Below are positions 1-8,607 of a DNA stretch of 64,000 nt, piece by piece. Below the pieces are notes generated by a model. It was not told the DNA's origin. It worked only from the letters and a program-made list of their open reading frames with translations, and did no database searches. Source of the DNA: an uncultured Eubacteriales bacterium (GTDB taxonomy: Bacteria; Bacillota; Clostridia; Monoglobales; CAYZNM01); the NCBI GenBank assembly GCA_964479875.1, contig CAYZNM010000006.1, forward strand, positions 4,565 to 68,564, read 5' to 3'. Numbering within the stretch: the stretch's first letter is position 1; every line of letters begins with the position of its first letter. The position numbers and the translations under genes are program-made.

Positions 1-231
1 CTAGTCGAGATAAAAGAGCGCGAACACTACGCCTCACTTGCAGAAATCAAAGGTGAGCAGCGCGAAATCGCATGGGGCAGCCAAATCCGCTCCTACGTTT
101 TCTGCCCCTACACAATGGTAAAAGACCACCGCACAGGCTTTGAAGTAGGCAACGTGCAATCAGTCATGGACGGAGAACTCGACGGCTTCATCAACGCCGA
201 GCTAAAGCGCGGCGCAGGCAAATCTGACTGA
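1..231 (+). CDS. prfB: peptide chain release factor 2, C-terminal fragment (5' end outside window)
   Basis: Frame 1 is open from the window edge to TGA at 229-231. Translation ...[49 protein letters not shown] matches the conserved RF2 C-terminus. Confidence 0.85.
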   Translation, partial: LVEIKEREHYASLAEIKGEQREIAWGSQIRSYVFCPYTMVKDHRTGFEVGNVQSVMDGELDGFINAELKRGAGKSD

Positions 232-273
232 TTCCGTCGCTAATGCCTATTCATATTTTCAGGAGATGAAAAA

Positions 274-600
274 ATGAAGAAAAAAGTAATTGTTCTAGGT
301 ATAATCTTCGCCATCATCGCAGGTACTACCTTTTCTTTTGGAATCTTCAAAAATCCCAACTTCAACATAAATGATTTTTGCGCCAATTTATCTTCTGAGT
401 TTATCGGATGGGTGCTTGCTGTAACTGTATTTCAATACTATGTTGATGAAAAGATAGCGGCGCGAAAAGGCCCTCAAAAGAAGGCCGACAACTCATTAAG
501 TGTAGCCGATGAGATTCTAAAGTTCAAAAACTTGTTGGATAACGGCGTTATTACACAAGAAGAATTCGAGAAGGGCAAAGAATGCTTATTTGCAAAATGA
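274..600 (+). CDS. small membrane protein with SHOCT-like C-terminal motif
   Basis: 108-aa ORF with an AGGAG RBS upstream of the ATG. N-terminal hydrophobic helix (VIVLGIIFAIIAGTTFSF). C-terminal ILKFKNLLDNGVITQEEFEKGKECLF resembles SHOCT domains. AT-richer than neighbours by eye. Confidence 0.7.
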   Translation: MKKKVIVLGIIFAIIAGTTFSFGIFKNPNFNINDFCANLSSEFIGWVLAVTVFQYYVDEKIAARKGPQKKADNSLSVADEILKFKNLLDNGVITQEEFEKGKECLFAK

Positions 601-612
601 GTATAATTTCCG

Positions 613-1095
613 CTATCGGTTGAGTATATAAATAGACAGATTCAATATCGCTGCGAAGCATAGCCAAAGCAGATACGGTACTTGCAAATACGCGGCAGTC
701 GGCGATATTTTGTAGAACCTGCGAATCATCACAACGACAAGCAGTATCAGCAGCAGTATCCAATAGAAGGAGAATAACCTCCACTCGAGGTTGAAGAAAA
801 AGTACGTCCACAACGAATTTACAATTAATTGCAGGAAGTATATCGTGAGCGCGGATTTTTTCGACGGGTCGTCCGACATATAGATTATGTAGGACGACAC
901 GCCCATAAGCGCGTACAATATCGCCCACACGATAGGGAATACAACAGGAGGCGGCGCAAATGCAGGCTTGTCCAGCGTTTGAAAGCCCATGCTGCTGTCG
1001 CCCAATACGCTGCCTATAAATCCTGCAAGCAGCGCGATTGCAATGGATATGCCAACTCCTGCCAAAAGCGATAATGTAGATTTGTTGTTTTTCAC
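613..1095 (-). CDS. tspO: TspO/MBR family tryptophan-rich sensory protein
   Basis: 160 aa, about 5 hydrophobic helices, Trp-rich. Motifs FPIVWAILYALMG, LQLIVNSLWTYFFF and PYLLWLCFAAILN are typical of TspO. Confidence 0.85.
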   Translation of the reverse strand: MKNNKSTLSLLAGVGISIAIALLAGFIGSVLGDSSMGFQTLDKPAFAPPPVVFPIVWAILYALMGVSSYIIYMSDDPSKKSALTIYFLQLIVNSLWTYFFFNLEWRLFSFYWILLLILLVVVMIRRFYKISPTAAYLQVPYLLWLCFAAILNLSIYILNR

Positions 1096-1167
1096 AGAAA
1101 TTCTCCTTTATAGAACGTTATGGTAATAATTATGTACAAGCATAAGAATTTATGCACGTTGCATTAT

Positions 1168-1190
1168 AGGGGCGGACTTTGTTCGCCCGC
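1168..1190. repeat. REP-like GC hairpin (GGGCGGAC-ttt-GTTCGCCC), related to the GGGCG..CGCCCCTACA family
   Basis: The inverted repeat was read directly, in the tspO/prfA divergent gap. Confidence 0.5.
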
Positions 1191-1219
1191 TTTAAAATAC
1201 AGAATCATCGAGGACATTT

Positions 1220-2287
1220 ATGCAAGATAGATTGCAAGGCATTAAAGAAAGACACGAAGAATTGACGCACAAAATAAGCACGCCCGAGGTAATTGCAGAC
1301 AACGAGCTGTTCTCCAAGCTGTGCAAGGAGCATTCCGAGCTTACGCCTATCGTGGAGCGTTTTAACGAATACGAGAGCGTGGTCAAGGCGATTGCCGACT
1401 GCGAGGCGTTGCTTGCCAATCCTGCCGAAAAGGAGTACCACGAGCTTGCCGAGCTGGAGCTTGCCGAGCATAGGGAGAAGCTGCCGCAGCTTAACGAACA
1501 GCTAAAGCTTATGCTGCTGCCGAAAGACCCTAACGACGACAAGAGCGTTATCATAGAAATACGCGGCGGTGCAGGCGGCGATGAAGCCGCACTGTTCGCA
1601 AGCAACCTTTTGCGCATGTACTCGATGTACGCCGAAAGCAAACGCTGGAAGGTTGAAATGTTGAGCCTAAAGCAAACAGAATTGGGCGGCATAAAGGAAG
1701 TCGCGTTCGAGATAGACGGAAACGGCGCATACTCGCGCTTCAAGTATGAGAGCGGCGTCCACCGCGTACAACGCGTGCCCGAAACCGAAAGCAGCGGACG
1801 CATACACACCTCCACCGTGACCGTGGCAGTGCTGCCCGAAGTCCCCGAGGTTGAGCTTGTCATCAACCCCAACGACTTAAAGATAGACGTATATCGCTCC
1901 AGCGGCGCAGGCGGACAGCACGTCAACACAACAGACTCCGCAATTCGCATAACCCATATTCCCACAGGCTTAGTAGTATCCTGCCAAGACGAAAAGAGCC
2001 AGCATAAGAACAAGGATAAGGCGATGAAGATTCTGCGTTCGCGCCTGTTTGAGATTTTGCAGGACGAGCAAAACGCCGCAGTCGCAGCCGACCGACGCAA
2101 GCAAGTAGGCACAGGCAATCGCAACGAGCGCATTCGCACCTACAACTATCCGCAAGGGCGTGTCACCGACCACCGCGTGGGGCTTACGATAAATCGAATA
2201 GATGCAGTGCTAAACGGCGACATCGACGAAATCGTGGACGCATTGCACGCAAAGACGCAGCTGGAGCAGTTGTCGTCGGGCGAGTGA
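1220..2287 (+). CDS. prfA: peptide chain release factor 1
   Basis: 355 aa with a GGQ loop ([23 protein letters not shown]) and a PxT tripeptide region ([14 protein letters not shown]). Full-length RF1 architecture. Confidence 0.97.
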   Translation: MQDRLQGIKERHEELTHKISTPEVIADNELFSKLCKEHSELTPIVERFNEYESVVKAIADCEALLANPAEKEYHELAELELAEHREKLPQLNEQLKLMLLPKDPNDDKSVIIEIRGGAGGDEAALFASNLLRMYSMYAESKRWKVEMLSLKQTELGGIKEVAFEIDGNGAYSRFKYESGVHRVQRVPETESSGRIHTSTVTVAVLPEVPEVELVINPNDLKIDVYRSSGAGGQHVNTTDSAIRITHIPTGLVVSCQDEKSQHKNKDKAMKILRSRLFEILQDEQNAAVAADRRKQVGTGNRNERIRTYNYPQGRVTDHRVGLTINRIDAVLNGDIDEIVDALHAKTQLEQLSSGE

Positions 2288-2398
2288 ATCAAACGGCGGT
2301 TGATTTTCATACACGCAGCCTCCATTGAATTCAACCATGATTTGTACTATAATTAACCTATCGAAAGCTTTCGCAAATCAAACAAAGGAGCATTGATT

Positions 2399-3235
2399 AT
2401 GGGTGTGCAAAAAATGGGCGAGATTATATGCAAGCTTCGCAAGGAGCGCGGAATGACGCAGGAGGAATTAGGCAAATGCGTTGGCGTGACCACGCAAGCT
2501 GTGTCAAAGTGGGAATGCGGTGGCGTGCCGGATATTGAGCTTGTGCCTGTGATAGCCGATTGCTTCGGCATATCGACAGACGAGTTGTTCGGTCGCAATG
2601 TCACTGATTATTGCGACTTAGAGATTGCAATAGCTAAAAAGATTGTCGACCTCCCCAACAAGGAACGCATGAAAGTCGTGTTTGACATGTGTTGGAAGTT
2701 GCTTTGCGCAATAGGCGGCGACATGTTTCCCATAAAGCCAGAGAACGGGTTGGACGAAATTACAAAAGACATGGACTGCCCTCATTATTCTCAACAAATA
2801 TGGAACGAGGGGATTGGGCTGATGTGCTTATATCCTCAGCGCTATTTCGCACTTATTCCTGATATGGAAAATATGCCGCAGTATTTGTTTGAAGATGTTG
2901 ACCTTGGAAAATTTTTTGAGGATATGGGCGACAAGGATATGTACAATGCGTTGCTGTTGCTTTACAAGAGGGATAATAAATCCTTCACAGACAAGCTTTT
3001 ATGCAAAAACCTAGGCATATCCGAGCAAAAGGCTGCCGAGATAATAGACACATTAAAAAGCTGGAACAGTATAATGGTGAACGAGGTAGAGCTTGACGAT
3101 GAGGTTCAGCGGATATACACCTTCCGCGCAAACCCTGCGTTTGTTCCGCTGATGCTGTATGCACGAGAGATGGCGCAGCACCCTACCACCTATAGCTGGT
3201 TTAACCAAAACAGAAGTAAACCTTATTTGAAATAA
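2399..3235 (+). CDS. XRE-family HTH transcriptional regulator with uncharacterised C-terminal domain
   Basis: N-terminus IICKLRKERGMTQEELGKCVGVTTQAVSKWECG is a canonical Cro/C1 HTH. AAGGAG lies 8 nt before the ATG at 2399 (the ORF track starts at TTG 2393). The roughly 210-aa C-terminal part was not recognised. Confidence 0.8.
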   Translation: MGVQKMGEIICKLRKERGMTQEELGKCVGVTTQAVSKWECGGVPDIELVPVIADCFGISTDELFGRNVTDYCDLEIAIAKKIVDLPNKERMKVVFDMCWKLLCAIGGDMFPIKPENGLDEITKDMDCPHYSQQIWNEGIGLMCLYPQRYFALIPDMENMPQYLFEDVDLGKFFEDMGDKDMYNALLLLYKRDNKSFTDKLLCKNLGISEQKAAEIIDTLKSWNSIMVNEVELDDEVQRIYTFRANPAFVPLMLYAREMAQHPTTYSWFNQNRSKPYLK

Positions 3236-3240
3236 ACACT

Positions 3241-3324
3241 TGTAGGGGCGCGCATTGCGCGTCCGCGGATTACCCACACACATTCGCGGTAAACCCACGG
3301 ACGCGCTAATAGCGCGCCCCTACA
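3241..3324. repeat. 84-bp REP-like compound hairpin (TGTAGGGGCGCGC ... GCGCGCCCCTACA)
   Basis: Outer arms TGTAGGGGCGCGC/GCGCGCCCCTACA and inner arms GCGCGTCCGCGG/CCACGGACGCGC were read directly. It sits between convergent XRE genes and probably also acts as a bidirectional terminator. A second long copy lies at 13646-13716. Confidence 0.8.
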
Positions 3325-3326
3325 AT

Positions 3327-3662
3327 TTAGATTTGGTGATTGTATAACATTGAAAAAAGTTTATCTATAACATCGCGATTTTCGGGCGAAAACTCTCTAT
3401 ATTTATTGATTAAACGTACTTCTGCTTCGTCGCACAAAATTCTCTTGTCGTCGATGGCTTTATTCTTGATTAGAGTGTTTCCCACTAAATAATCAATAGT
3501 TGTATCAAAATATAGCGCAATGGCTTTTAATGTTGCAATATCCGGCTCTATATCCCGGTTTTCATATTGATTAATCGATTGTTGGCTCGTTGATAATATT
3601 TCAGCTAATTTGAGTTGGCTGATACCTCTTTCTTCACGTAACTTTTTTAAGTTTTTTAGCAT
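3327..3662 (-). CDS. XRE-family HTH repressor-like protein (111 aa)
   Basis: LKKLREERGISQLKLAEILSTSQQSINQYENRDIEPDIATLKAIALYFDTTIDYLVG is a canonical Cro/C1 HTH. AT-rich gene, divergent from a strong promoter/operator region. Confidence 0.88.
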   Translation of the reverse strand: MLKNLKKLREERGISQLKLAEILSTSQQSINQYENRDIEPDIATLKAIALYFDTTIDYLVGNTLIKNKAIDDKRILCDEAEVRLINKYREFSPENRDVIDKLFSMLYNHQI

Positions 3663-3691
3663 GTTTACCCCTCTGCATTAGTATGGAGTAA

Positions 3692-3773
3692 ATATTAACA
3701 ATAAATTATTGTTAAATCAAACAATTATATTTTGTTTATATGTATTGACAACAAAAATATATTGTTGTATAAT
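3692..3773. promoter_or_regulatory. bidirectional promoter pair with three ACAA-N7-TTGT inverted-repeat operators
   Basis: Leftward promoter: TTGATT (3715-3720, minus) -17- TAATAT (3692-3697). Rightward promoter: TTGACA (3745-3750) -17- TATAAT (3768-3773). Inverted repeats at 3695-3715, 3719-3737 and 3748-3768. Confidence 0.65.
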
Positions 3774-3793
3774 ACTAAAAAGGGGGAATTTTT

Positions 3794-3946
3794 GTGGACG
3801 TTGAAAAAAATTTCGATAAATTTCTTGAGCAAGACCTTTATGACAATGTTGAAGAATTATTGTTTCAAATAATAAGAAAGGCTTACATGGCAGGCTACAA
3901 AGCAGGTTTCAACGAATACATGACAAAGATAATAGAGAACCAATGA
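3794..3946 (+). CDS. hypothetical 50-aa acidic helical protein, translationally coupled to tsaC
   Basis: GTG start 5 nt after AGGGGGAA. The stop TGA (3944-3946) overlaps the tsaC ATG (3943) as ATGA. Missing from the ORF track because of its length and GTG start. No recognised domain. Confidence 0.5.
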   Translation: MDVEKNFDKFLEQDLYDNVEELLFQIIRKAYMAGYKAGFNEYMTKIIENQ

Positions 3947-4896
3947 CCAAACTATTAACTAGCAAAGACATAAATGAAGCCGCCGACATAATCCGCCGCG
4001 GCGGCATAGTCGGCATACCTACCGAAACAGTCTACGGCTTAGGTGCGAACGCGCTTGATTCGGCGGCAGTGGCGAAAATATTCACAGCAAAGGGACGTCC
4101 GTCGGACAATCCTCTGATTGTGCATGTAGCTTCTATTTCCGCAGTTAGCGAAGTTGCGCACGATATATGCGATACTGCATATGCCTTGATGGAGCGATTT
4201 TTCCCCGGGGCACTCACGATTGTGCTGCCTAAGCGCGAGGTTGTGCCTTATGCCACTACGGCAGGGCTTGACACTGTCGCTGTGCGTTGCCCTGCGCACC
4301 CGATTGCACGTGCGGTAATAACCGCAAGCGGTGTACCTATCGCCGCTCCGTCCGCGAATTTATCGGGCAAGCCAAGCCCTACGGCGGCCGCGCATGTTAT
4401 GGCGGACATGAGCGGACGCATTGACGCTGTGCTGGACGACGGAGAATGCGGAATCGGGCTTGAATCTACAGTGGTAGCGATACGCGAAGGCAAGGCTGTA
4501 ATCCTGCGCAGCGGCGGCGTTACGATGGAGCAACTTTCGGAAGTGTGTCCCACGATTATGAACACGTCGCACGCAGAAAAGCCTGTAAGTCCCGGACAAA
4601 AGTACAAGCACTACGCGCCCGACGCGCCGTTGTTTTTTGTGGACGAAATCGCTGAGGTTGAACGCGTTTGCGAGAATTACGCGAAAGTGGGCGTAATCTG
4701 CGTGGGCGAAAGCGAGCTGCCGCACAACTGCATTGTAAAACGCGCAGAAGATACTTCCGAATACGCTCGAATACTTTACGCAGCATTGCGCGAGTTCGAC
4801 AGCATAGGCGTGGACTGCATATGCGCCATAAGAGCAAACGGCGGCGGAATCGCCGCTGCGTTGGAGGACAGGCTCTCACGCGCGGCAATAAAATAA
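3943..4896 (+). CDS. tsaC: L-threonylcarbamoyladenylate synthase (Sua5/YwlC type, TsaC plus Sua5 C-terminal domain)
   Basis: 317 aa. IPTETVYGLGANALDSAAVAKIFTAKGRPSDNPLIVHV is the YrdC/Sua5 signature. Confidence 0.93.
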   Translation: MTKLLTSKDINEAADIIRRGGIVGIPTETVYGLGANALDSAAVAKIFTAKGRPSDNPLIVHVASISAVSEVAHDICDTAYALMERFFPGALTIVLPKREVVPYATTAGLDTVAVRCPAHPIARAVITASGVPIAAPSANLSGKPSPTAAAHVMADMSGRIDAVLDDGECGIGLESTVVAIREGKAVILRSGGVTMEQLSEVCPTIMNTSHAEKPVSPGQKYKHYAPDAPLFFVDEIAEVERVCENYAKVGVICVGESELPHNCIVKRAEDTSEYARILYAALREFDSIGVDCICAIRANGGGIAAALEDRLSRAAIK

Positions 4897-4925
4897 GGGG
4901 CGGCATTATGCCAGCCCCTTTTTAT
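4897..4925. terminator. bidirectional rho-independent terminator between convergent tsaC and the AAC(3)-like gene
   Basis: GGGGCGGCAT-TATGCCAGCCCC hairpin followed by TTTTTATT. Confidence 0.7.
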
Positions 4926-5734
4926 TATTCGCAAATTGGTCCGCCTGCGATTGCGTCGTCGCAGCGTCCGCATTGGTCGGAGCAGCGCGTTATTTCGGGA
5001 TTTTGGAGTATTGCATTTTTGCCAATTTCCACCATCTCTTTTGCAGGGTAACACAACCATTGGCTTTCGCCTACTGTGATTGTGCTTAAGATTGGCTTTA
5101 GGGAATCCATGAGGTTGTTGAAGCCTTCGGAGCAGCTTCCTACCCGTACAGGGATTGGGTTGCCTGATGTGTCGTTCGCCCAACGCAGGAATAGGTTGCG
5201 GCCGGCGAGTTGTTCGGCGTAGTGGATAATTGTGGCTTTGGTGAGGGTTACTCCTGCAAGCAGGACGTAGCCGTCTAGCTTACATAACGTTTCAAATGAA
5301 GCGTACAAATTTGTGGGCGATTGGTCGCGCACTAGTGCGTCGGCGTGTGCGCCTATTGCAGAGAAGGAGTTTAGCGGATTGTAGCCGCGCTTTCGCTGCG
5401 GATTTTGTGCTACGCATTGCGGAATTACGCCCATTGCGTCGAGGGTTATGTCCGTGCTGTCTGTTGTGAATATGCGTGTGTTGAAAGTTTCGTTAGGGTT
5501 CGCATAATCGTATGCGTTGCGCGGAGGCGTGTGTCCTTGAATTGGCGCAGTTTCGTTGTCATAGGTGAATGTGGGTACGAGAATTGTGCAGCCTGAATCG
5601 AGGAATGCGTCGACAATTGTTTGCGCTCCGCCGTCTACACGTCCGAAGGATTTCAATGAGGAGTGCAGGCATATCGCTTTGTTTTCTATGCCTAGGGCGT
5701 GGATTGCTTGTGTGATGTTGTCTTTAGTTGTCAT
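4925..5734 (-). CDS. AAC(3)-family aminoglycoside N-acetyltransferase-like protein
   Basis: 269 aa. LHSSLKSFGRVDGGAQTIVDAFLDSGCTILVPTFTY and HYAEQ motifs are typical of the AAC(3)/YokD family. Cys-rich tail CSDQCGRCDDAIAGGPIC. Confidence 0.75.
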   Translation of the reverse strand: MTTKDNITQAIHALGIENKAICLHSSLKSFGRVDGGAQTIVDAFLDSGCTILVPTFTYDNETAPIQGHTPPRNAYDYANPNETFNTRIFTTDSTDITLDAMGVIPQCVAQNPQRKRGYNPLNSFSAIGAHADALVRDQSPTNLYASFETLCKLDGYVLLAGVTLTKATIIHYAEQLAGRNLFLRWANDTSGNPIPVRVGSCSEGFNNLMDSLKPILSTITVGESQWLCYPAKEMVEIGKNAILQNPEITRCSDQCGRCDDAIAGGPICE

Positions 5735-5748
5735 GTGTTCTCCGTATT

Positions 5749-6984
5749 TTATAGCTTTAATTCTTCTTTTAGCTGCGGCGTTAGCTTTATCGGCTTATCC
5801 TGCTCGCGCGTTTGCTTTTGGTTTATGTCGCCTAGTAAACTCCAGCGGCGAGTGATTTCGGTGGGTTCTTGTGCGGGCTTTGTGTAGTCGGTGAGGTCGA
5901 TTAGGTATTCGCCGTCGCCGTCGATTTTCATTGTGGCAACGCGGCGTTGCTTTGTCATGTGCCAGCTTATTTCTTTGTCCGCGTCGGAGCCGCCTATGCC
6001 TGTGCCGCGTTGGCGGAAGCGATAGTTTATGTTGTCGTTGTTTTTGTAGTGTTCGCGCCACAGCAGACCGAAGTCGCCCATTGTCGGCATTTGCACGTCA
6101 GGCCAACGCTCCTTTATTTTGGCAAGCCATTCATATGTGCCTTCGTACAAGTTTTCAAATCTTGTCTTTTCCTCGAAAAGGCTTTGCTCGTACAGATTGG
6201 TGATCCAGCCGAAGCCGTTTAAGTCGTAGCCCGTGTCGTAATGTGCAGCGCATGTTGCTATCATTTCGCGCAGCGCGGTTTCTTTTGGGAATGCGAGCAA
6301 GGTTTCGATTGGGCCTACGCCTTGGCGGCTGTTGAAGCCGTCGGCGAAGCCTTCGCGGCGCGCCGTCAAGAAGTCGCAGGTCCAGCCGTCGAGATTTACG
6401 CAGTCGATGAAGTCGCTTTCGCTTTGTGCAGGCTTGCAGAAATGTTCGGTTGAGGGATAGTAGGGGTAGCATATGCTGCCCTCACCGTCTTGGTTGTCGA
6501 TTGCGTATTGGCTCCAGATGTTCCCTTGGCATACGTGTATGCCTTCGTGTTCGGCTAGGTATTGTTGGTTTGCGGCGGAGAGGAAGCCTGAAATGACGCT
6601 CTTTGGATTGAAGCCATCGCCCATGAATGCGCGCACCTTTGCCAATCCGTCGCGCAGCTGCTCGTTAACCTCGTCGCGTGTAGCGAAAGCGTTGGCGAAA
6701 AAGCCGCCGCTTATGTAGGTCACGTCGTCGCCGTATTGGGCGTGGAAGCTTTTCACAAGCTCGCGTATCTGCTGATAGTTTTCGGATTCGTTAATCAGCG
6801 CAAGCCAGCTGAATGCCCACGTTATGTTTCCACCAGGGATTGCCTTTGACACTAAGTCGCGGAATCGCTGTATGTTTTCAGGCGAGTGCATGTGATATTC
6901 ATCCTCACCGATGCGTTTGTCGTGGCGCACTTCGATTTGGTTGCAGCGTATTACTGTGTTGAGTGTTAGGTAGCGTCCTGTCAT
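5749..6984 (-). CDS. hypothetical protein, possibly DUF3863-like carbohydrate-active enzyme
   Basis: GGAGGA RBS before the ATG at 6984 (MTGRY...); the track ORF starts earlier, at 7020. Long clean ORF. My recollection of similarity to DUF3863 proteins is weak. Adjacent to an AraC/GyrI regulator. Confidence 0.45.
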   Translation of the reverse strand: MTGRYLTLNTVIRCNQIEVRHDKRIGEDEYHMHSPENIQRFRDLVSKAIPGGNITWAFSWLALINESENYQQIRELVKSFHAQYGDDVTYISGGFFANAFATRDEVNEQLRDGLAKVRAFMGDGFNPKSVISGFLSAANQQYLAEHEGIHVCQGNIWSQYAIDNQDGEGSICYPYYPSTEHFCKPAQSESDFIDCVNLDGWTCDFLTARREGFADGFNSRQGVGPIETLLAFPKETALREMIATCAAHYDTGYDLNGFGWITNLYEQSLFEEKTRFENLYEGTYEWLAKIKERWPDVQMPTMGDFGLLWREHYKNNDNINYRFRQRGTGIGGSDADKEISWHMTKQRRVATMKIDGDGEYLIDLTDYTKPAQEPTEITRRWSLLGDINQKQTREQDKPIKLTPQLKEELKL

Positions 6985-7047
6985 GTTTCCTCCAAAAATG
7001 AATGTGAAATAGCGGAGCACATAAAATGCGCTCCGCGTTGTTAATAC

Positions 7048-7896
7048 CTACTTCTTTTTAATCGGAATCCATACTTCGCCTATGGCAAATTTGGCTGTGC
7101 CGTAGTACATCTCGAATGATGGATTCGGTGCTTGCTCATAGTCCGAGGTGGGAAACCATTCGGAATATATGCGCCGCCACATGTCTTGCATTTCGCAATC
7201 CGGCACTTGGAAGATTGCCCATGTCAACTCAGGAATTTGTAGCCGCGTAAATTCCTCGGGTATTTCGCAGTTTTTCGGCACGTTGTAGCAAATCATGTAC
7301 TTGAAGCCGGAATCGGTGTGGTCATACAATGCAGCGTGCAGGCAAGTGTCGTGGCTGCGTCCGAGCACCGCGTTCATTCGGTCGACGCTTCCATCGTCGT
7401 CGCATTTTCTACAAAACGCAGGCACATCGATAAACGCTTGCTCCATGCTTGCGCTTACAACGCCGTATACGCCAAACACCTCGAACGCTTCTTTCTCTTC
7501 AATACGATAGTTCATCTCTGTATCTCCTTTGATTGAAATGTGAAAGGACATACGGGGGTAAGCTTTTAGGGCTATGCCTTTGTCGCGCGCGGAAGCAGGC
7601 GATACGCCGTGCATACTTTTGAAGGCGCGCGAGAATGCCTCGGGCGATTCGTAGCCGAATTCGAGTGCCACGTCGATAACCTTTGCTTTACTCTGCTGCA
7701 GGTCGAAGGCGGCAAGCGTCAATCGCCGCCGCCTGATATATTCCGAAAGCGGCACGCCTGTGATAAACGAGAACATTCTCTGGAAGTGATAGGTAGAGCA
7801 GCAGGCAAGCTGCGCTGCTTTGTCATAGTGTATCTCTCCGCGGAGGTTGCCCTCGATATAGTCCATTGCGCTGTTCATGCAATTAAGCCAATCCAT
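7048..7896 (-). CDS. AraC-family transcriptional regulator with GyrI-like effector-binding domain
   Basis: N-terminal AraC HTHs (STYHFQRMFSFITGVPLSEYIRRRRL ... FGYESPEAFSRAFKSMHGVSP). The C-terminal roughly 150 aa is GyrI-like (small-molecule binding). Confidence 0.88.
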   Translation of the reverse strand: MDWLNCMNSAMDYIEGNLRGEIHYDKAAQLACCSTYHFQRMFSFITGVPLSEYIRRRRLTLAAFDLQQSKAKVIDVALEFGYESPEAFSRAFKSMHGVSPASARDKGIALKAYPRMSFHISIKGDTEMNYRIEEKEAFEVFGVYGVVSASMEQAFIDVPAFCRKCDDDGSVDRMNAVLGRSHDTCLHAALYDHTDSGFKYMICYNVPKNCEIPEEFTRLQIPELTWAIFQVPDCEMQDMWRRIYSEWFPTSDYEQAPNPSFEMYYGTAKFAIGEVWIPIKKK

Positions 7897-7989
7897 GTAA
7901 CCCCTCCTTTCGAGATAATTGTATCACTTGCGCTCGAGGTGCGCATTGCATTTCATGCACCGATTTATCATGTGAATCATGCAATCCCC

Positions 7990-8598
7990 TCATAATCCAT
8001 TCCACGACTTTAATTCGCTCTCACTACACACGCCAATATAACAATGGGTTTTGTCGAATTTTTCAGGGATTAGACCATATACAGTTAATCGGGAATGACC
8101 CTCTACAACAATATATTTTTCGTTGTCGCTCGTTATCAATATGATTGGTCGAAAGGAGTTGCCTTGAATTAAATATTCTTTGCCTTTGAGGAAGTTATCA
8201 TTTGAAACGTTGTAGATTTCTATTCCTTCATTTATTGTTTGGGCAGCAACTTTAGGTAAACCTGTATGCTTGGATAGTTCGTTCCAATAAGAATAGTTTA
8301 TATATCTTATTTTATCAATATCACTTTCGTCGAAGATAGCGTAAACCCATTCTGTGATGGTTGGAAATTTTTCAAATAGACCTTCGTTTTGCCCATAGCC
8401 CCTGAAATCTGCTAGAACTTGCTTTCGTGCTGCGTTTTCTTGCTCATCGTTTGTATTTGCACTTGTTATTATTTGCTCATCTACATGCAGCTTTTCTAGG
8501 GTATCCTTTATTTTAGCTCTGAAACGTTCGGATTCAAATTCAGCAGAAAGGAATTCTAGTATGATTTCGCTTTCAAGTGATTTACGTAGTATTTTCAT
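7990..8598 (-). CDS. hypothetical protein (202 aa), possible ParB/Srx-like fold
   Basis: Clean AT-rich ORF 9 nt downstream of the 348-aa ORF. The C-terminal KYIVVEGHSRLTVYG resembles the DGxHR-type motif of ParB-like nuclease domains. Weak. Confidence 0.6.
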   Translation of the reverse strand: MKILRKSLESEIILEFLSAEFESERFRAKIKDTLEKLHVDEQIITSANTNDEQENAARKQVLADFRGYGQNEGLFEKFPTITEWVYAIFDESDIDKIRYINYSYWNELSKHTGLPKVAAQTINEGIEIYNVSNDNFLKGKEYLIQGNSFRPIILITSDNEKYIVVEGHSRLTVYGLIPEKFDKTHCYIGVCSESELKSWNGL

Positions 8599-8607
8599 GG
8601 ATGTTGT

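Noticed and set aside
1192-2139. Long antisense ORF (315 aa) opposite prfA, and many similar ORFs in the track (e.g. 4248-4607, 12630-13217, 14822-15433, 20004-20657, 21423-21899, 35455-35937, 59310-59903).
   Set aside because: Each lies entirely inside a strongly supported conserved gene on the other strand. They have Ser/Arg/Ala/Cys-rich low-complexity composition typical of antisense frames of GC-richer genes, and they lack an RBS. They are treated as spurious.
5690-5734. Cys-rich C-terminal tail of the AAC(3)-like protein (CSDQCGRCDDAIAGGPIC) considered as an unusual fused zinc ribbon.
   Set aside because: I am unsure whether this tail is already typical of the YokD/AAC(3) family, and there is no sequence-level evidence of a fusion junction. 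It is noted only in the feature evidence.
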